Shown here: positions 35,044 through 44,736 of the stretch, piece after piece
How the letters are laid out: every line of letters begins with the position of its first letter
Position numbering within the stretch: the stretch's first letter is position 1
DNA from: Candidatus Kapaibacterium sp.
Lineage (GTDB): Bacteria; Bacteroidota; Ignavibacteria; Kapaibacteriales; NICIL-2
Reading direction: 5' to 3'
Length of the DNA: 64,000 nucleotides
Assembly (NCBI GenBank): GCA_025055755.1
Contig: JANWWF010000002.1
Span: 199,628 to 263,627 of the forward strand
The notes under the pieces: model-generated
What the model saw: only the letters and a program-made list of their open reading frames with translations
Database searches by the model: none
What the model was told of the DNA's origin: nothing
Position numbers and translations under genes: made by a program

Positions 35044-36102
35044 ATGTCCTCTCAGACTTCTGGCGGTCAGCTGTACGTTGTCTCGACTCCTATTGGTAAT
35101 CCTGATGACATCACTCTTCGTGCCCTTGCTGTGCTTCGCACTGTTGACATAGTTGCGTGTGAAGAAAGAAAGGTAGCGGAAAAGTTGCTCCGACAGTATC
35201 ACATCGAAAAAGAATTAATAGAGCTTAATGAACACACTGATATTGAAGCAACTGTAGAATGCATTAAACTCTTAGCTTCTGGAAAGAACATAGCCCTGAT
35301 TAGTGATGCAGGAACTCCCCTTGTTGCTGATCCAGGCGATGCGCTTGTTGCTGCTGCACTTAGGTATGGGTATGCTGTTCATGTTATACCAGGAGCCTCC
35401 AGCATCCTTGTTGCCTTAGTGCGGTCAGGATTCTCCACAGAACAATTCCTCTACGCTGGCTTTCTCAGCAGAAAGCATGAACAGAGAAAAAAACAAATTC
35501 AGCTGCTATCCCACGAACCTCGGACAGTCATCCTTTTAGATACACCATACCGATTAGTTCCATTGCTAAATGCCCTCGCAGAAGTAATGCCGGATCGTCG
35601 GGCATATATCGGATGCAACCTCACAATGCCAAACGAAGTTCATTACTATGGGACCTTTGCTGAACTACTGGCAGAATTTGCCCAAAAGCATTTCCGGGGG
35701 GAATACGTGATTGTCTTCGAAGGTAATCCTAATAAGCAGCAATGGTACCAGGAGCTTGTTCAGGGCAGTAAAGAGCAAGCGGATCAATGCTTCGCTACGG
35801 AAAGCAATCTGAATACTGTTGGGAGCGATCGTTGTAGAGGAACTGTTCAAAGTGCCACAGGTGTAGAAGCAACACCAACTACTGTTGCGCCGATGGTGAA
35901 GGAGAGTCAGAAGCAAACCCTGCATCGTTTGCGACAACGCAATAAGCATAAGCGACAAGGAAAGAGACAAAAAGGAAACTGCCGCTCTCTTGAGCAGCGT
36001 ACTGTCAACTACACGCTAAGCAGTTCTCACCGCTTGCATCGGCAATCCATGCAAGAGGAGCACGGCGGTTTTAGACTAAACCGTAAGCGGCGACGAAGAT
36101 AG
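35044..36102 (+). CDS. rsmI: 16S rRNA 2'-O-methyltransferase RsmI with ~110-aa basic C-terminal extension
   Basis: LYVVSTPIGNPDDITLRALAVLRTVDIVACE tetrapyrrole-methylase start; canonical domain ends near YVIVFEGNPN, then Lys/Arg/Gln-rich tail to 36102. Confidence 0.7.
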   Translation: MSSQTSGGQLYVVSTPIGNPDDITLRALAVLRTVDIVACEERKVAEKLLRQYHIEKELIELNEHTDIEATVECIKLLASGKNIALISDAGTPLVADPGDALVAAALRYGYAVHVIPGASSILVALVRSGFSTEQFLYAGFLSRKHEQRKKQIQLLSHEPRTVILLDTPYRLVPLLNALAEVMPDRRAYIGCNLTMPNEVHYYGTFAELLAEFAQKHFRGEYVIVFEGNPNKQQWYQELVQGSKEQADQCFATESNLNTVGSDRCRGTVQSATGVEATPTTVAPMVKESQKQTLHRLRQRNKHKRQGKRQKGNCRSLEQRTVNYTLSSSHRLHRQSMQEEHGGFRLNRKRRRR

Positions 36103-36115
36103 AGACACTTGTTGC

Positions 36116-36367
36116 TTATGTGCGTTTTTGGCGGTACAGTAGTGCAAAGGGGATCACAATTGCATATCCGATTACTAACAGGATCGGGGAAATCGTTACT
36201 GCTAAAGGTGAATTCCATACCTGCTGATGCTTGACAGGGTCATCAGTAATAGCTGGAAGCATCAGAAGGTAGCCTACGATGATGATGCCTATCCCGATAG
36301 TAAGGAGAATCAGATTTAATCGGCTCAGAGGGAATGACCATCGGGGCTTCTGAGGTGGTACGGCCAT
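36116..36367 (-). CDS. Small two-TM membrane protein (DUF3098-like)
   Basis: 83 aa, two hydrophobic helices. Confidence 0.35.
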   Translation of the reverse strand: MAVPPQKPRWSFPLSRLNLILLTIGIGIIIVGYLLMLPAITDDPVKHQQVWNSPLAVTISPILLVIGYAIVIPFALLYRQKRT

Positions 36368-36490
36368 AGCTCATCAGTGTACTATGATTGGCGCACAGTA
36401 AAAACATAGTGCAATATACATTCATACCATCGTCACCATGGTACAGGAATGTTGCTGTAATTTGCATTGAAGCAATGACATGTATCTCCT

Positions 36491-38248
36491 ATGCAAATAG
36501 GCTGGACACTGATTATTCTCTCTTGTGCGATACTATTAGGGGCATGCCGACGACATTCCCCTGCAGCTGCACAGTATAGGTGTGCGGCCGAGCCTGTAAT
36601 TGGAGACGTTGTGTTCTTTCATCTTCTCTCAGATCCTGAGGGGCTGAATCCCTACACGTCCAATGATAATACTGCTTCGACTCTCAACCGGTTAGTGTTT
36701 GATGCGCTATTAGAGCAGAATCCAGAAACCCTTGAATTAGAGCCCAGCGTAGCGCGGTCGCTCCCAACCATCTCTCCTGACCATTTGCAATACACATTCA
36801 TTTTACGCAATGATGTATGGTTTTCCGATGGTGTTCCACTTCGTGCACGAGATGTGGTATTTAGTTTCAAGGCGGTTAAAAATCCATTCATACTCGAAGC
36901 TGCCGCTCTGCGGAATTACTACGATGATATTGCCGACGTCCGGGCTCCCGACGACACGACAGTTATTATTACGATGACAAAGCCATATTTCCTTGCGCTC
37001 TACTTTCTGGGAGATTTGCGGATATTACCGAAGCACATTCTTGATCCCGAACACTTGACCGACCAGTACACGTTCGCAGAGCTGAATAATCCATCGGTAG
37101 CCACCAGAAATCCCGCCATAGAGCGCTTTGCACGCTGGTTCTCTCGCGCGGAGCTGCGGCGAGAAGCTCGTTATCTTATTGGATCTGGCCCCTATGTTTT
37201 CCGAGAGTGGAGCACGGGAAAACGCATAGTACTGGTTCGGAATCAGCGCCCATGGAATACTCCACTATGGTGGCGTCGGGCATTTCCATCCGCTGTGGTT
37301 GGTGTCGTCATCAACGATCGTACTGCTGCGATCTCTGCTCTCAAGACAGAAGAAGTTGACTTTGTCGATGCCATTCCACCGGCATTGTACGATGAGCAGT
37401 TAGACACAGCACGCTTAACCTATCTGCGTAAAGGTAAATATCAACAATCCATCTATACCTACATTGGATGGAACCTGCGCAAGCCGATATTTCAAGATCG
37501 GCGTGTTCGGCAGGCTTTGTCATATCTTGCCGATCGCAGAACCTGGCTTAGTGTCGTTCTTCGGGGTTATGGACAATTGGTCAATGGACCAATTTATCGT
37601 AATCGTCCGGAGTATGACACGACGTTGCCCAGCTATGAGTATAATCCTTCTCGAGCATTGGCTCTTTTAGCCCAGGCGGGATGGAAAGATCGCAATGGTG
37701 ATGGCATTCTCGATAACATCATCGGTGGTAAGACGGTAAATTTTGAATTTTCAATTAGCTTCAATGCTGGAAATGAAATACGGGAAAATATTGCGATATT
37801 GTACGCGACTGAACTACGGAAATACGGTATCGTGTGCACAGTGCAGAAGCTAGAGTGGTCGGTATTTCTACGGCAACTAAGCGCCCATCAGTTCGATGCC
37901 TACATTGGAGCATGGGTCAACGATAACATCCCAAGTGACCCATATCAACTGTGGCATTCCTCTCAGGCTGACTACGGTTCCAATTACGTTGGTTTTCGCA
38001 ATCACGATGTCGATTCGTTGTTAGAGCGCAATCGCATTGAGTTTGATCCCCTGGTTCGCATGCAATTGATGCAGGATTTCCAACGTATTGTGCACCGAGA
38101 GGCACCCTATACGTTCTTGTGGACGCCAGAAATTCTTACTGCCTATAACCGGCGACTATGTAATGTACGTTTTTATACGGTACGTCCGCCATACGTAATT
38201 CCTAATTGGTATATTCCAGCACATCTTCATAAGCACATCGTACAGTAA
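36491..38248 (+). CDS. ABC transporter substrate-binding protein, family 5 (peptide/nickel type)
   Basis: 585 aa, signal peptide/lipobox LLGAC, family-5 SBP architecture; no permease/ATPase genes nearby. Confidence 0.65.
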   Translation: MQIGWTLIILSCAILLGACRRHSPAAAQYRCAAEPVIGDVVFFHLLSDPEGLNPYTSNDNTASTLNRLVFDALLEQNPETLELEPSVARSLPTISPDHLQYTFILRNDVWFSDGVPLRARDVVFSFKAVKNPFILEAAALRNYYDDIADVRAPDDTTVIITMTKPYFLALYFLGDLRILPKHILDPEHLTDQYTFAELNNPSVATRNPAIERFARWFSRAELRREARYLIGSGPYVFREWSTGKRIVLVRNQRPWNTPLWWRRAFPSAVVGVVINDRTAAISALKTEEVDFVDAIPPALYDEQLDTARLTYLRKGKYQQSIYTYIGWNLRKPIFQDRRVRQALSYLADRRTWLSVVLRGYGQLVNGPIYRNRPEYDTTLPSYEYNPSRALALLAQAGWKDRNGDGILDNIIGGKTVNFEFSISFNAGNEIRENIAILYATELRKYGIVCTVQKLEWSVFLRQLSAHQFDAYIGAWVNDNIPSDPYQLWHSSQADYGSNYVGFRNHDVDSLLERNRIEFDPLVRMQLMQDFQRIVHREAPYTFLWTPEILTAYNRRLCNVRFYTVRPPYVIPNWYIPAHLHKHIVQ

Positions 38249-38253
38249 TCTCG

Positions 38254-38925
38254 ATGAAGCGTCACGAGCTTCGCCAGGTTATCAGCGAAGGCGAAAATTC
38301 CCGTGTCGAGTTCAAGCGGCGTTTTACTTCACCAGAAAAAATTGCAAAAGAGCTCTGCGCGTTTGCTAATACCCACGGGGGGTACTTGTTACTGGGTGTT
38401 GATGATGATGGAAAAATTGTTGGGGTAGAAAGCGAAAAAGAACAGGTTGAACAAATTCTGCTTGCTGCGCAGTTTTACATCGAGCCGCCATTGACCGTTG
38501 AAATTGAGATCGTGGAAATTGAGTGGAAAGACGTGGTCGTTGTGCATATTCCTCCAAGTCCCCACCGTCCGCACTGGGTAGTAGAGCAGACGCGGAACAG
38601 CCGACGGCGCGGGACGGTTTACGTGCGAAGCCGCTCAGAGTCAGTACAGGCAAGCCGTGAGATGGTTCGCCTGATGCGCGAGCAGCGTCCGGATTCACCT
38701 CCCCTTCGGTTATACATTGGTGAGCGAGAGCGACGATTGTTTGAATACTTGGAAAAAAATGGTTCAATCACTGTGGCGGAGTTTGCTCGCTTAGTCAATA
38801 TTTCCCGACGACGGGCATTACAAGTACTGATCCGTTTAGTGCGTGCACAGGTGCTTGTCCTTCACAGCGATGCCCCTACGAACTACTTCACTCTTGTTGA
38901 AGACCCTGGCAACGTCATGCCGTGA
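38254..38925 (+). CDS. AlbA_2 (Schlafen-like) putative DNA-binding domain protein with C-terminal HTH
   Basis: RVEFKRRFTSPEKIAKELCAFANTHGGYLLLGVDDDGKIVGVE matches AlbA_2/divergent-AAA DNA-binding domain; C-terminal winged-helix-like segment. Confidence 0.55.
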   Translation: MKRHELRQVISEGENSRVEFKRRFTSPEKIAKELCAFANTHGGYLLLGVDDDGKIVGVESEKEQVEQILLAAQFYIEPPLTVEIEIVEIEWKDVVVVHIPPSPHRPHWVVEQTRNSRRRGTVYVRSRSESVQASREMVRLMREQRPDSPPLRLYIGERERRLFEYLEKNGSITVAEFARLVNISRRRALQVLIRLVRAQVLVLHSDAPTNYFTLVEDPGNVMP

Positions 38926-39082
38926 GGGAAACTTAAAGCTTGAGTCAGTGTGTACACAAGCAACTTGTGGATAGATCACCAGGATGTAAACTCTGGTTGA
39001 TGGGAGCAAGTGGTAGCATACCTTTTCTTTCTGTGCTATTGAATGTTTCAGCTTTGTACTGAGGCGACAGATGGGAAAATTG

Positions 39083-39628
39083 TTATCCCCTACGCTTTTT
39101 AGGTTGTAAGCTGTTAGGTGGCTGATAAATCTGCAGCAATCCTTCGGGCGGGGAGACAACAAGGGCAGAAGAAGTGTCGTCGTGGGAAACGATAAATGCT
39201 TCCACGTATGGGAGAAGAAGCTCCGCTCCATCTTGCGCCGTGATATGCAGAATTGGGTGTGCAGGTGATTGCTCAACAGCGGTAATAGTGCCTAAAATCT
39301 CTCCGGAAGTGGTTCGAACCTGGTGTCCCAGCAATAAGTGGGCGTGAAGAGCACGAGGGTTTTGGATTGCTGAGGGCTCGACAAAAATTCCTTGTTCTCG
39401 TAGCAACTCGGCTGCTGGACGTGTTGTTATCCCTTTTAGTCGTATGATCGCGGCTCGATGGACAGTGCGGAAGGACTCGAGGATGTACGGCTTACTATAC
39501 AAGGAGCTATAGCCAACCCACACGGTGGTGGAGGGATAAAGCGAGAGACTCTCTCTAAGCTCTACGCGCAACTCACCATTGAGACTATGCGCTCGGACTA
39601 TCGTTCCAATATGCACGCGATTCTCCAT
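39083..39628 (-). CDS. rimM: Ribosome maturation factor RimM
   Basis: 181 aa; IGTIVRAHSLNGELRVEL N-terminal beta-barrel and C-terminal PRC barrel pattern. Confidence 0.7.
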   Translation of the reverse strand: MENRVHIGTIVRAHSLNGELRVELRESLSLYPSTTVWVGYSSLYSKPYILESFRTVHRAAIIRLKGITTRPAAELLREQGIFVEPSAIQNPRALHAHLLLGHQVRTTSGEILGTITAVEQSPAHPILHITAQDGAELLLPYVEAFIVSHDDTSSALVVSPPEGLLQIYQPPNSLQPKKRRG

Positions 39629-39642
39629 AATGCACAGGATGA

Positions 39643-40308
39643 ATGACGATTTTTGCTACGAGTATGACGATTGAACCAACCAATATCATGGAGGCAATTG
39701 CACGTCAGCACCTGCGCGAGTCCATTGAAACTAAGCAGCGGTTATTACTAACGGCTATTTCAGCAATTGTTCGGACAGGCGATCGAATTGCAGATGCTCT
39801 TTCTCGGGGGGGTAAAGTGTTGCTCTGCGGTAATGGGGGATCTGCAGCAGATGCACAGCATATTGCAGCAGAGTTAGTCATTCGCTATCGGAGTCAGGTA
39901 GTGCGACCTGCTCTCCCTGCAATAGCTTTGACAGTAGATCCATCGTTGATGACTGCTGGTGGAAATGATATCGGATTCGACAATGTTTTTGCACGCGCGG
40001 TCGAAGCGTTAGGGGTGAAGGGGGATGTACTTATCGGGATTAGTACCAGTGGCAAATCGGAAAATGTTCGTCGAGCAATTGAAGTTGCTAAAGGTAAGGG
40101 CATAGTGTGTATTGGACTTCTTGGAGGTGATGGAGGTCCGATCGCTCCATTATGCGATGATGTCGTGATCGTTCCCAGTTCGATTACTGCGCACATTCAA
40201 GAGTGCCACATTACAGTTGGTCACATTTGGTGTAGCATCATTGAAGCGCGGCTTTATCCAGATCTTGTATCCCAGGCAGGTTTGACGGTGAAGGAATCGG
40301 AATTGTAA
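39643..40308 (+). CDS. gmhA: SIS-domain phosphoheptose isomerase (GmhA/DiaA-like)
   Basis: 221 aa; LLCGNGGSAADAQHIAAEL and GISTSGKSENV SIS motifs. Confidence 0.65.
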   Translation: MTIFATSMTIEPTNIMEAIARQHLRESIETKQRLLLTAISAIVRTGDRIADALSRGGKVLLCGNGGSAADAQHIAAELVIRYRSQVVRPALPAIALTVDPSLMTAGGNDIGFDNVFARAVEALGVKGDVLIGISTSGKSENVRRAIEVAKGKGIVCIGLLGGDGGPIAPLCDDVVIVPSSITAHIQECHITVGHIWCSIIEARLYPDLVSQAGLTVKESEL

Positions 40309-40322
40309 TTTTGCATCGCATT

Positions 40323-40395
40323 GCCACTTTAGCTCAGTTGGTAGAGCAGCTGACTTGTAATCAGCAGGTCGCCGGTTCGAGTCCGGCAGGTGGCT
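40323..40395 (+). tRNA. tRNA-Thr (anticodon TGT)
   Basis: GCCACTTTAGCTCAGTTGGTAGAGCAGCTGACTTGTAATCAGCAGGTCGCCGGTTCGAGTCCGGCAGGTGGCT; anticodon loop CTTGTAA. Confidence 0.85.
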
Positions 40396-40582
40396 CAACA
40401 GCAAGCGTGGATGCAAGAGACCTTCCCCCCTCCGAAAGGGCTTCAATGACAAGCAGGTGAAGAGAGGAGTAGTGCCTAAATACAGGCAGCAGTAGCACAA
40501 AAATCATTATGCAAGGGTATAACGGGGTAATACCTCAAGCAGAAGTGGGGCTCTTTATTTCTCCCAAGAGTTTTCATGCTGA

Positions 40583-42106
40583 ATGCGTAGTTCTACGGAT
40601 ACAATCAACGTAAGAGAACGTAGTAAGTTCGCTGCTGTAGCGTGGATATGGTGTGTGAGAGCTATGTATGACTTTGATGATGCTAACGAATTGTCATGGC
40701 TTCCTTCAGGCGTGGATATTGAGGAAGTGCTCCAACAATGTGCACGGGCATGTGCAAGTGGTTCGCTCGAGCACATAGTTGCCGAGTTCCGAACCCCTGA
40801 TCAGTTAGAGCAATTGACCAATTACTGCATTGAGCATTCCCGATGGAATGAAGCAGTGACGGTAAGTAAGCTGTGGACAATCGTTGCTCCCTATAGTGCA
40901 GATGCGTGGCATCGTCGGGGCTGGGCAGAGCTTAACAGTGGGAATGTACAGGGTGCCATAGAAGCGCTGCATCGTGCGTTAACGTGCAACCCAACGGATG
41001 TAGAGATCATTGTTCATCTTGCAACTGCATACCGAGAGGCAGGGGACCATAGCGAGGCAACGAGGTGGTTAGAATACTCTCTCATGCTTGATCCATGTTG
41101 CGAAGATGCTTTATATCAGCTAGCAGCTTCTTTCCAGCGACAAGGTAAATTCAAAGAATCTATCGAGTATTACGAGCGACTTGCTGATTCTCCTACGTAT
41201 GCAAAAGAAGCACTCTTTGAATTAGGTTTCTGTTATGATTGCTGCCAGCGCTATGAAGATGCACTTCATGCGTATGAGCGCTGCATTGAGTTGGATCCCT
41301 ATTGCGCGGATGCATGGTACAATCGTGCTGTCGTGCTTTCTCGCATGTCTTCCTACATAGAGGCACTCAACAGCTACGACTTTGCATTAGCTATCAATCC
41401 TAACCATACTGGAGCGCTCTATAATAAAGGCAACTTGCTTGCACTGATAGGTAAGCTCGAAGCAGCCCTTGAATGTTACCAGGAAGCTCTACGGCTTGAA
41501 CCAAACGATGTTGCCATATGGCATAATTACGCAAGTACGTTGGGAGAGTTAGGGCGGTACACCGAAGCAATACAAGCTTTCACTCAGGCAATTGCGAAGG
41601 ACGGACGTCACTTTGAGTCCTACTTTGGGCGAGGAACCTGCTACGATGCTCTACAACAATATGAACAAGCATTACGTGATTATGATACCGCGTTAGAGAT
41701 TCAGCCAGCATATCCCGAGGCATGGTATGCACGCGCTGAGGCACTACTTCGATTGGGAAAGACAGAAGAAGCACTCAATGCGTATCAGGTAGCACTTGAG
41801 CTTGATCCGAAAAATGCTCTATGTTGGTATGACTATGCCAATGCTCTCCTCCAGCAGCACCGATATCAAGAAGCTATCGCTGCTTTCGGACGTGCAGCGG
41901 AGCTTTCACCATCCTGGGCAGACCCGTACTTTGCTCTTGTAAAAGCATATCTTTTGTGCGCAGATATTGCTGCTGCTCAAGCATCGCTTGCGCGAGCTAT
42001 TGCGTTAGATCCTTCTCGCCGTATAGCATTTGAAACAGAGCTTATCAGTATTCTTCCTGAGCAACTACTCCAACTTTTGGAGGGGCGATCGCCTTCCCGC
42101 CAGTAA
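40583..42106 (+). CDS. Tetratricopeptide-repeat protein
   Basis: ~13 TPR units (recurrent W-Y-G-A-Y-A-P 34-aa pattern); true start may be the internal Met at 40664. Confidence 0.65.
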   Translation: MRSSTDTINVRERSKFAAVAWIWCVRAMYDFDDANELSWLPSGVDIEEVLQQCARACASGSLEHIVAEFRTPDQLEQLTNYCIEHSRWNEAVTVSKLWTIVAPYSADAWHRRGWAELNSGNVQGAIEALHRALTCNPTDVEIIVHLATAYREAGDHSEATRWLEYSLMLDPCCEDALYQLAASFQRQGKFKESIEYYERLADSPTYAKEALFELGFCYDCCQRYEDALHAYERCIELDPYCADAWYNRAVVLSRMSSYIEALNSYDFALAINPNHTGALYNKGNLLALIGKLEAALECYQEALRLEPNDVAIWHNYASTLGELGRYTEAIQAFTQAIAKDGRHFESYFGRGTCYDALQQYEQALRDYDTALEIQPAYPEAWYARAEALLRLGKTEEALNAYQVALELDPKNALCWYDYANALLQQHRYQEAIAAFGRAAELSPSWADPYFALVKAYLLCADIAAAQASLARAIALDPSRRIAFETELISILPEQLLQLLEGRSPSRQ

Positions 42107-42184
42107 ATTTAGCGCCACTTAGTACAGAAATAGGTGAGCAGTGTGACGTAAGTTTGTACTTGGTTTAATTATGCCGCTTTCGGA

Positions 42185-42475
42185 ATGGTCGCTCTGAATG
42201 CAGTTCCGGTGGGCCAGCCATTTCGAGTCGAAAAGATTTGTGGTCCAGAAAGTTTTGTGGAGCGGATGTACGAGCTTGGGCTTGTACCTGGCACTGTAGC
42301 AACAGTCTTACGGCATTCCCTCCTAGGGGGTACTGTTCAGTTACGTACCGGTACCACGACATTTGCTATCCGCTTGCCTGCTGCAGCCGCGATAATGGTA
42401 ACCCCATTGCGTGAACAACCGATTCCTCATTCATGCCAAAAGTCTGGTGAAATGACCGCTTCCTCCAGCTCATGA
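42185..42475 (+). CDS. feoA: Ferrous iron transport protein A
   Basis: SH3-like FeoA pattern (GQPFRVEKI...RMYELGLVPGTVATVLR); overlaps feoB start. Confidence 0.7.
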   Translation: MVALNAVPVGQPFRVEKICGPESFVERMYELGLVPGTVATVLRHSLLGGTVQLRTGTTTFAIRLPAAAAIMVTPLREQPIPHSCQKSGEMTASSSS

Positions 42476-44343
42476 TAAAGGAAGGTGCTGTGCATGTAGC
42501 AGTGGTTGGCGTACCAAATTCTGGCAAGACAACGCTTTATAATGCGCTGACTGGTCTGCGGAAGAAAGTGGCTAATTATCCTGGGGTGACAGTAGAGCCT
42601 TCTATCGGGGCAGTTCGGGGAGTGGATTCATCGGTCGTATTAGTGGATCTGCCAGGGATATACAGCCTTTCGCCGAAGTCAGTAGATGAAAGTGTGACAA
42701 GAGCAGTACTTGGTGGTACTGCTTCTTCACTACCACCGATTAAGGGGATTCTTCTTGTATTGGATGCCACTAACTTGGAGCGGGGGCTTTTTCTATTTTC
42801 TCAACTTGCTGAGCTTGGGAAGCCAATGGTTGTTGCATTGACGATGGTTGATGAAATCAAACGCCGAGGTTCGATCCTCGATGACATCCTACTCGAAAGT
42901 CTGCTTGGTGTTGATGTTTACCCTATAGTTGGGACAAAAGGACTTGGAATAGAACGACTACGAAACGCCTTAGCAACGGTTACTCAATGGCGTGTACCGT
43001 CGGTTCCTCTGGTGCCAGGCGTATCGGTTGCTGAACGTGTTGCTTGGGCGCGGGGGATAGTTGCACAAGTGCTTCGAAAGGATGCTGTTGACGAGCGCAC
43101 TGAGCGTATCGATCAGATTGCCCTACATCCGATATGGGGAACTCTCCTGTTTGTCCTGATTATGGGGATTATTTTTCAATCCATCTTCACGTGGTCAGCA
43201 CCAATGATGGATTGGATTGACTATGCGTTCAATCAACTTCGCACATGGATGGTAGGCGACACCTTAGTACCACCGCTCTGGATAGATTTTCTTGCAAACG
43301 GTGTCATTGCTGGAGTTGGTAGCGTTCTGGTGTTCGCACCACAAATATTTGTGCTCATGCTTCTTGTTACCTTCTTAGAGGACTCTGGCTATTTAGCACG
43401 CGCGACATTTTTGGTTGATCGCCTGCTTGGGATCTTCGGCTTACAGGGGCGTTCATTTATTCCGCTGTTGAGTTCTTATGCCTGTGCAATTCCAGGAATT
43501 CTATCGGCGCGGATAATCCCTTCCCATGCCGAGCGAATGGCAACAATTCTTGTTGCACCACTTATGACGTGCTCTGCTCGGTTACCGGTTTACACACTCT
43601 TGATCGGAGCATTTGTACCATCCGTTATGGTTGGTGGGCTTATTTCCCTTCAGGCACTTGTTTTGGCTGCGCTTTACGTAGGAGCAGGTGTTATAGGGTT
43701 AGTCATTGCGTGGCTACTCCGAAAGACAGTATTTGTGGGAGAACAAGCAACATTCTTTATCGAGTTTCCACCCTATCGCATGCCTTATTGGAGGAATCTT
43801 CTTACACGGGCATTTCTCCGGATGCAGGATTTTATTCAGACAGCCGGAACAGTCATCTTAGCAATCTCAATTGTCTTGTGGGCACTTGGTGCTTTTCCCC
43901 GTCTTCAACCCCAGCCAACTATGGAGCCCCAGCAATATCGCCGAGCGCAATTGGAGCAATCCTATGCTGCGCAACTGGGGAAAGTGATCGCGCCTTTGTT
44001 TGCTCCGATGCATTTTGATTGGCGCATCACGCTCGGAATTATCGGCTCGTTTGCTGCAAGGGAGGTCTTTGTTTCAGTGATGGGGCAACTGGTGTCTGGC
44101 ACCGACGACGATCCTTCGAATGCACATCTTCGTCAAGCACTCCAGCAGTCAATGGATCCAGCAGTTGCATTCGCAGTAATAGCGTTTTACATGTTCGCGC
44201 TCCAGTGTATGTCCACGATTGCTGTCCTTCGTCGTGAGACGGGATCATGGGGATGGGCTGCTTTTGCCTTTCTGTACATGCTGGCACTTGCTTACGTGGC
44301 GGCAGCGGGAACGTACAATATTGCCCGCCTGTTTTTGTCCTAA
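42472..44343 (+). CDS. feoB: Ferrous iron transporter B
   Basis: 623 aa; N-terminal G-domain VAVVGVPNSGKTTLYNALTG, followed by polytopic membrane domain. Confidence 0.9.
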   Translation: MIKEGAVHVAVVGVPNSGKTTLYNALTGLRKKVANYPGVTVEPSIGAVRGVDSSVVLVDLPGIYSLSPKSVDESVTRAVLGGTASSLPPIKGILLVLDATNLERGLFLFSQLAELGKPMVVALTMVDEIKRRGSILDDILLESLLGVDVYPIVGTKGLGIERLRNALATVTQWRVPSVPLVPGVSVAERVAWARGIVAQVLRKDAVDERTERIDQIALHPIWGTLLFVLIMGIIFQSIFTWSAPMMDWIDYAFNQLRTWMVGDTLVPPLWIDFLANGVIAGVGSVLVFAPQIFVLMLLVTFLEDSGYLARATFLVDRLLGIFGLQGRSFIPLLSSYACAIPGILSARIIPSHAERMATILVAPLMTCSARLPVYTLLIGAFVPSVMVGGLISLQALVLAALYVGAGVIGLVIAWLLRKTVFVGEQATFFIEFPPYRMPYWRNLLTRAFLRMQDFIQTAGTVILAISIVLWALGAFPRLQPQPTMEPQQYRRAQLEQSYAAQLGKVIAPLFAPMHFDWRITLGIIGSFAAREVFVSVMGQLVSGTDDDPSNAHLRQALQQSMDPAVAFAVIAFYMFALQCMSTIAVLRRETGSWGWAAFAFLYMLALAYVAAAGTYNIARLFLS

Positions 44344-44346
44344 TGG

Positions 44347-44736
44347 GTGGAACGTATTTTCTGTTGGCCTATGGAGCACAGTGTTGTAACAGACAAATTC
44401 ATAGTCATTGGCGATCGGCTGCTTATAAAGCCCTTGCGGGGTGATACGCAAACGCCGGGTGGACTTTATCTGCCACCGACGGTGCAGGAGAACCAAAAGA
44501 CCCAAAGCGGATATGTCCTTAAAACAGGTCCCGGCTATCCGATTCCCACTGCTATAGATAGTGATGAGCCATGGAAGGAACCTTCAGAGCAGGTGCATTA
44601 CATTCCACTTCAAGCGCAAGTTGGCGACTTAGCCATCTATCTCCAGCGGGAGGCAATCGAGATCGAGTACGAAGGCGAACGGTATGTCATCGTTCCACAA
44701 TCCGCTGTTCTTTTGCTTATTCGCGAGGAGTTTTAG
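44347..44736 (+). CDS. GroES (Cpn10)-fold protein, orphan
   Basis: 129 aa; IVIGDRLLIKP...TPGGLYLPP...GYVLKTGPG...VGDLAIY matches co-chaperonin GroES pattern with an insertion; no groEL adjacent. Confidence 0.45.
   Translation: MERIFCWPMEHSVVTDKFIVIGDRLLIKPLRGDTQTPGGLYLPPTVQENQKTQSGYVLKTGPGYPIPTAIDSDEPWKEPSEQVHYIPLQAQVGDLAIYLQREAIEIEYEGERYVIVPQSAVLLLIREEF

Noticed and set aside
43569-44018. 149-aa alternate-frame ORF inside feoB
   Set aside because: Same strand, different frame, within the conserved FeoB membrane domain; composition biased (Ser/Cys-rich); spurious.
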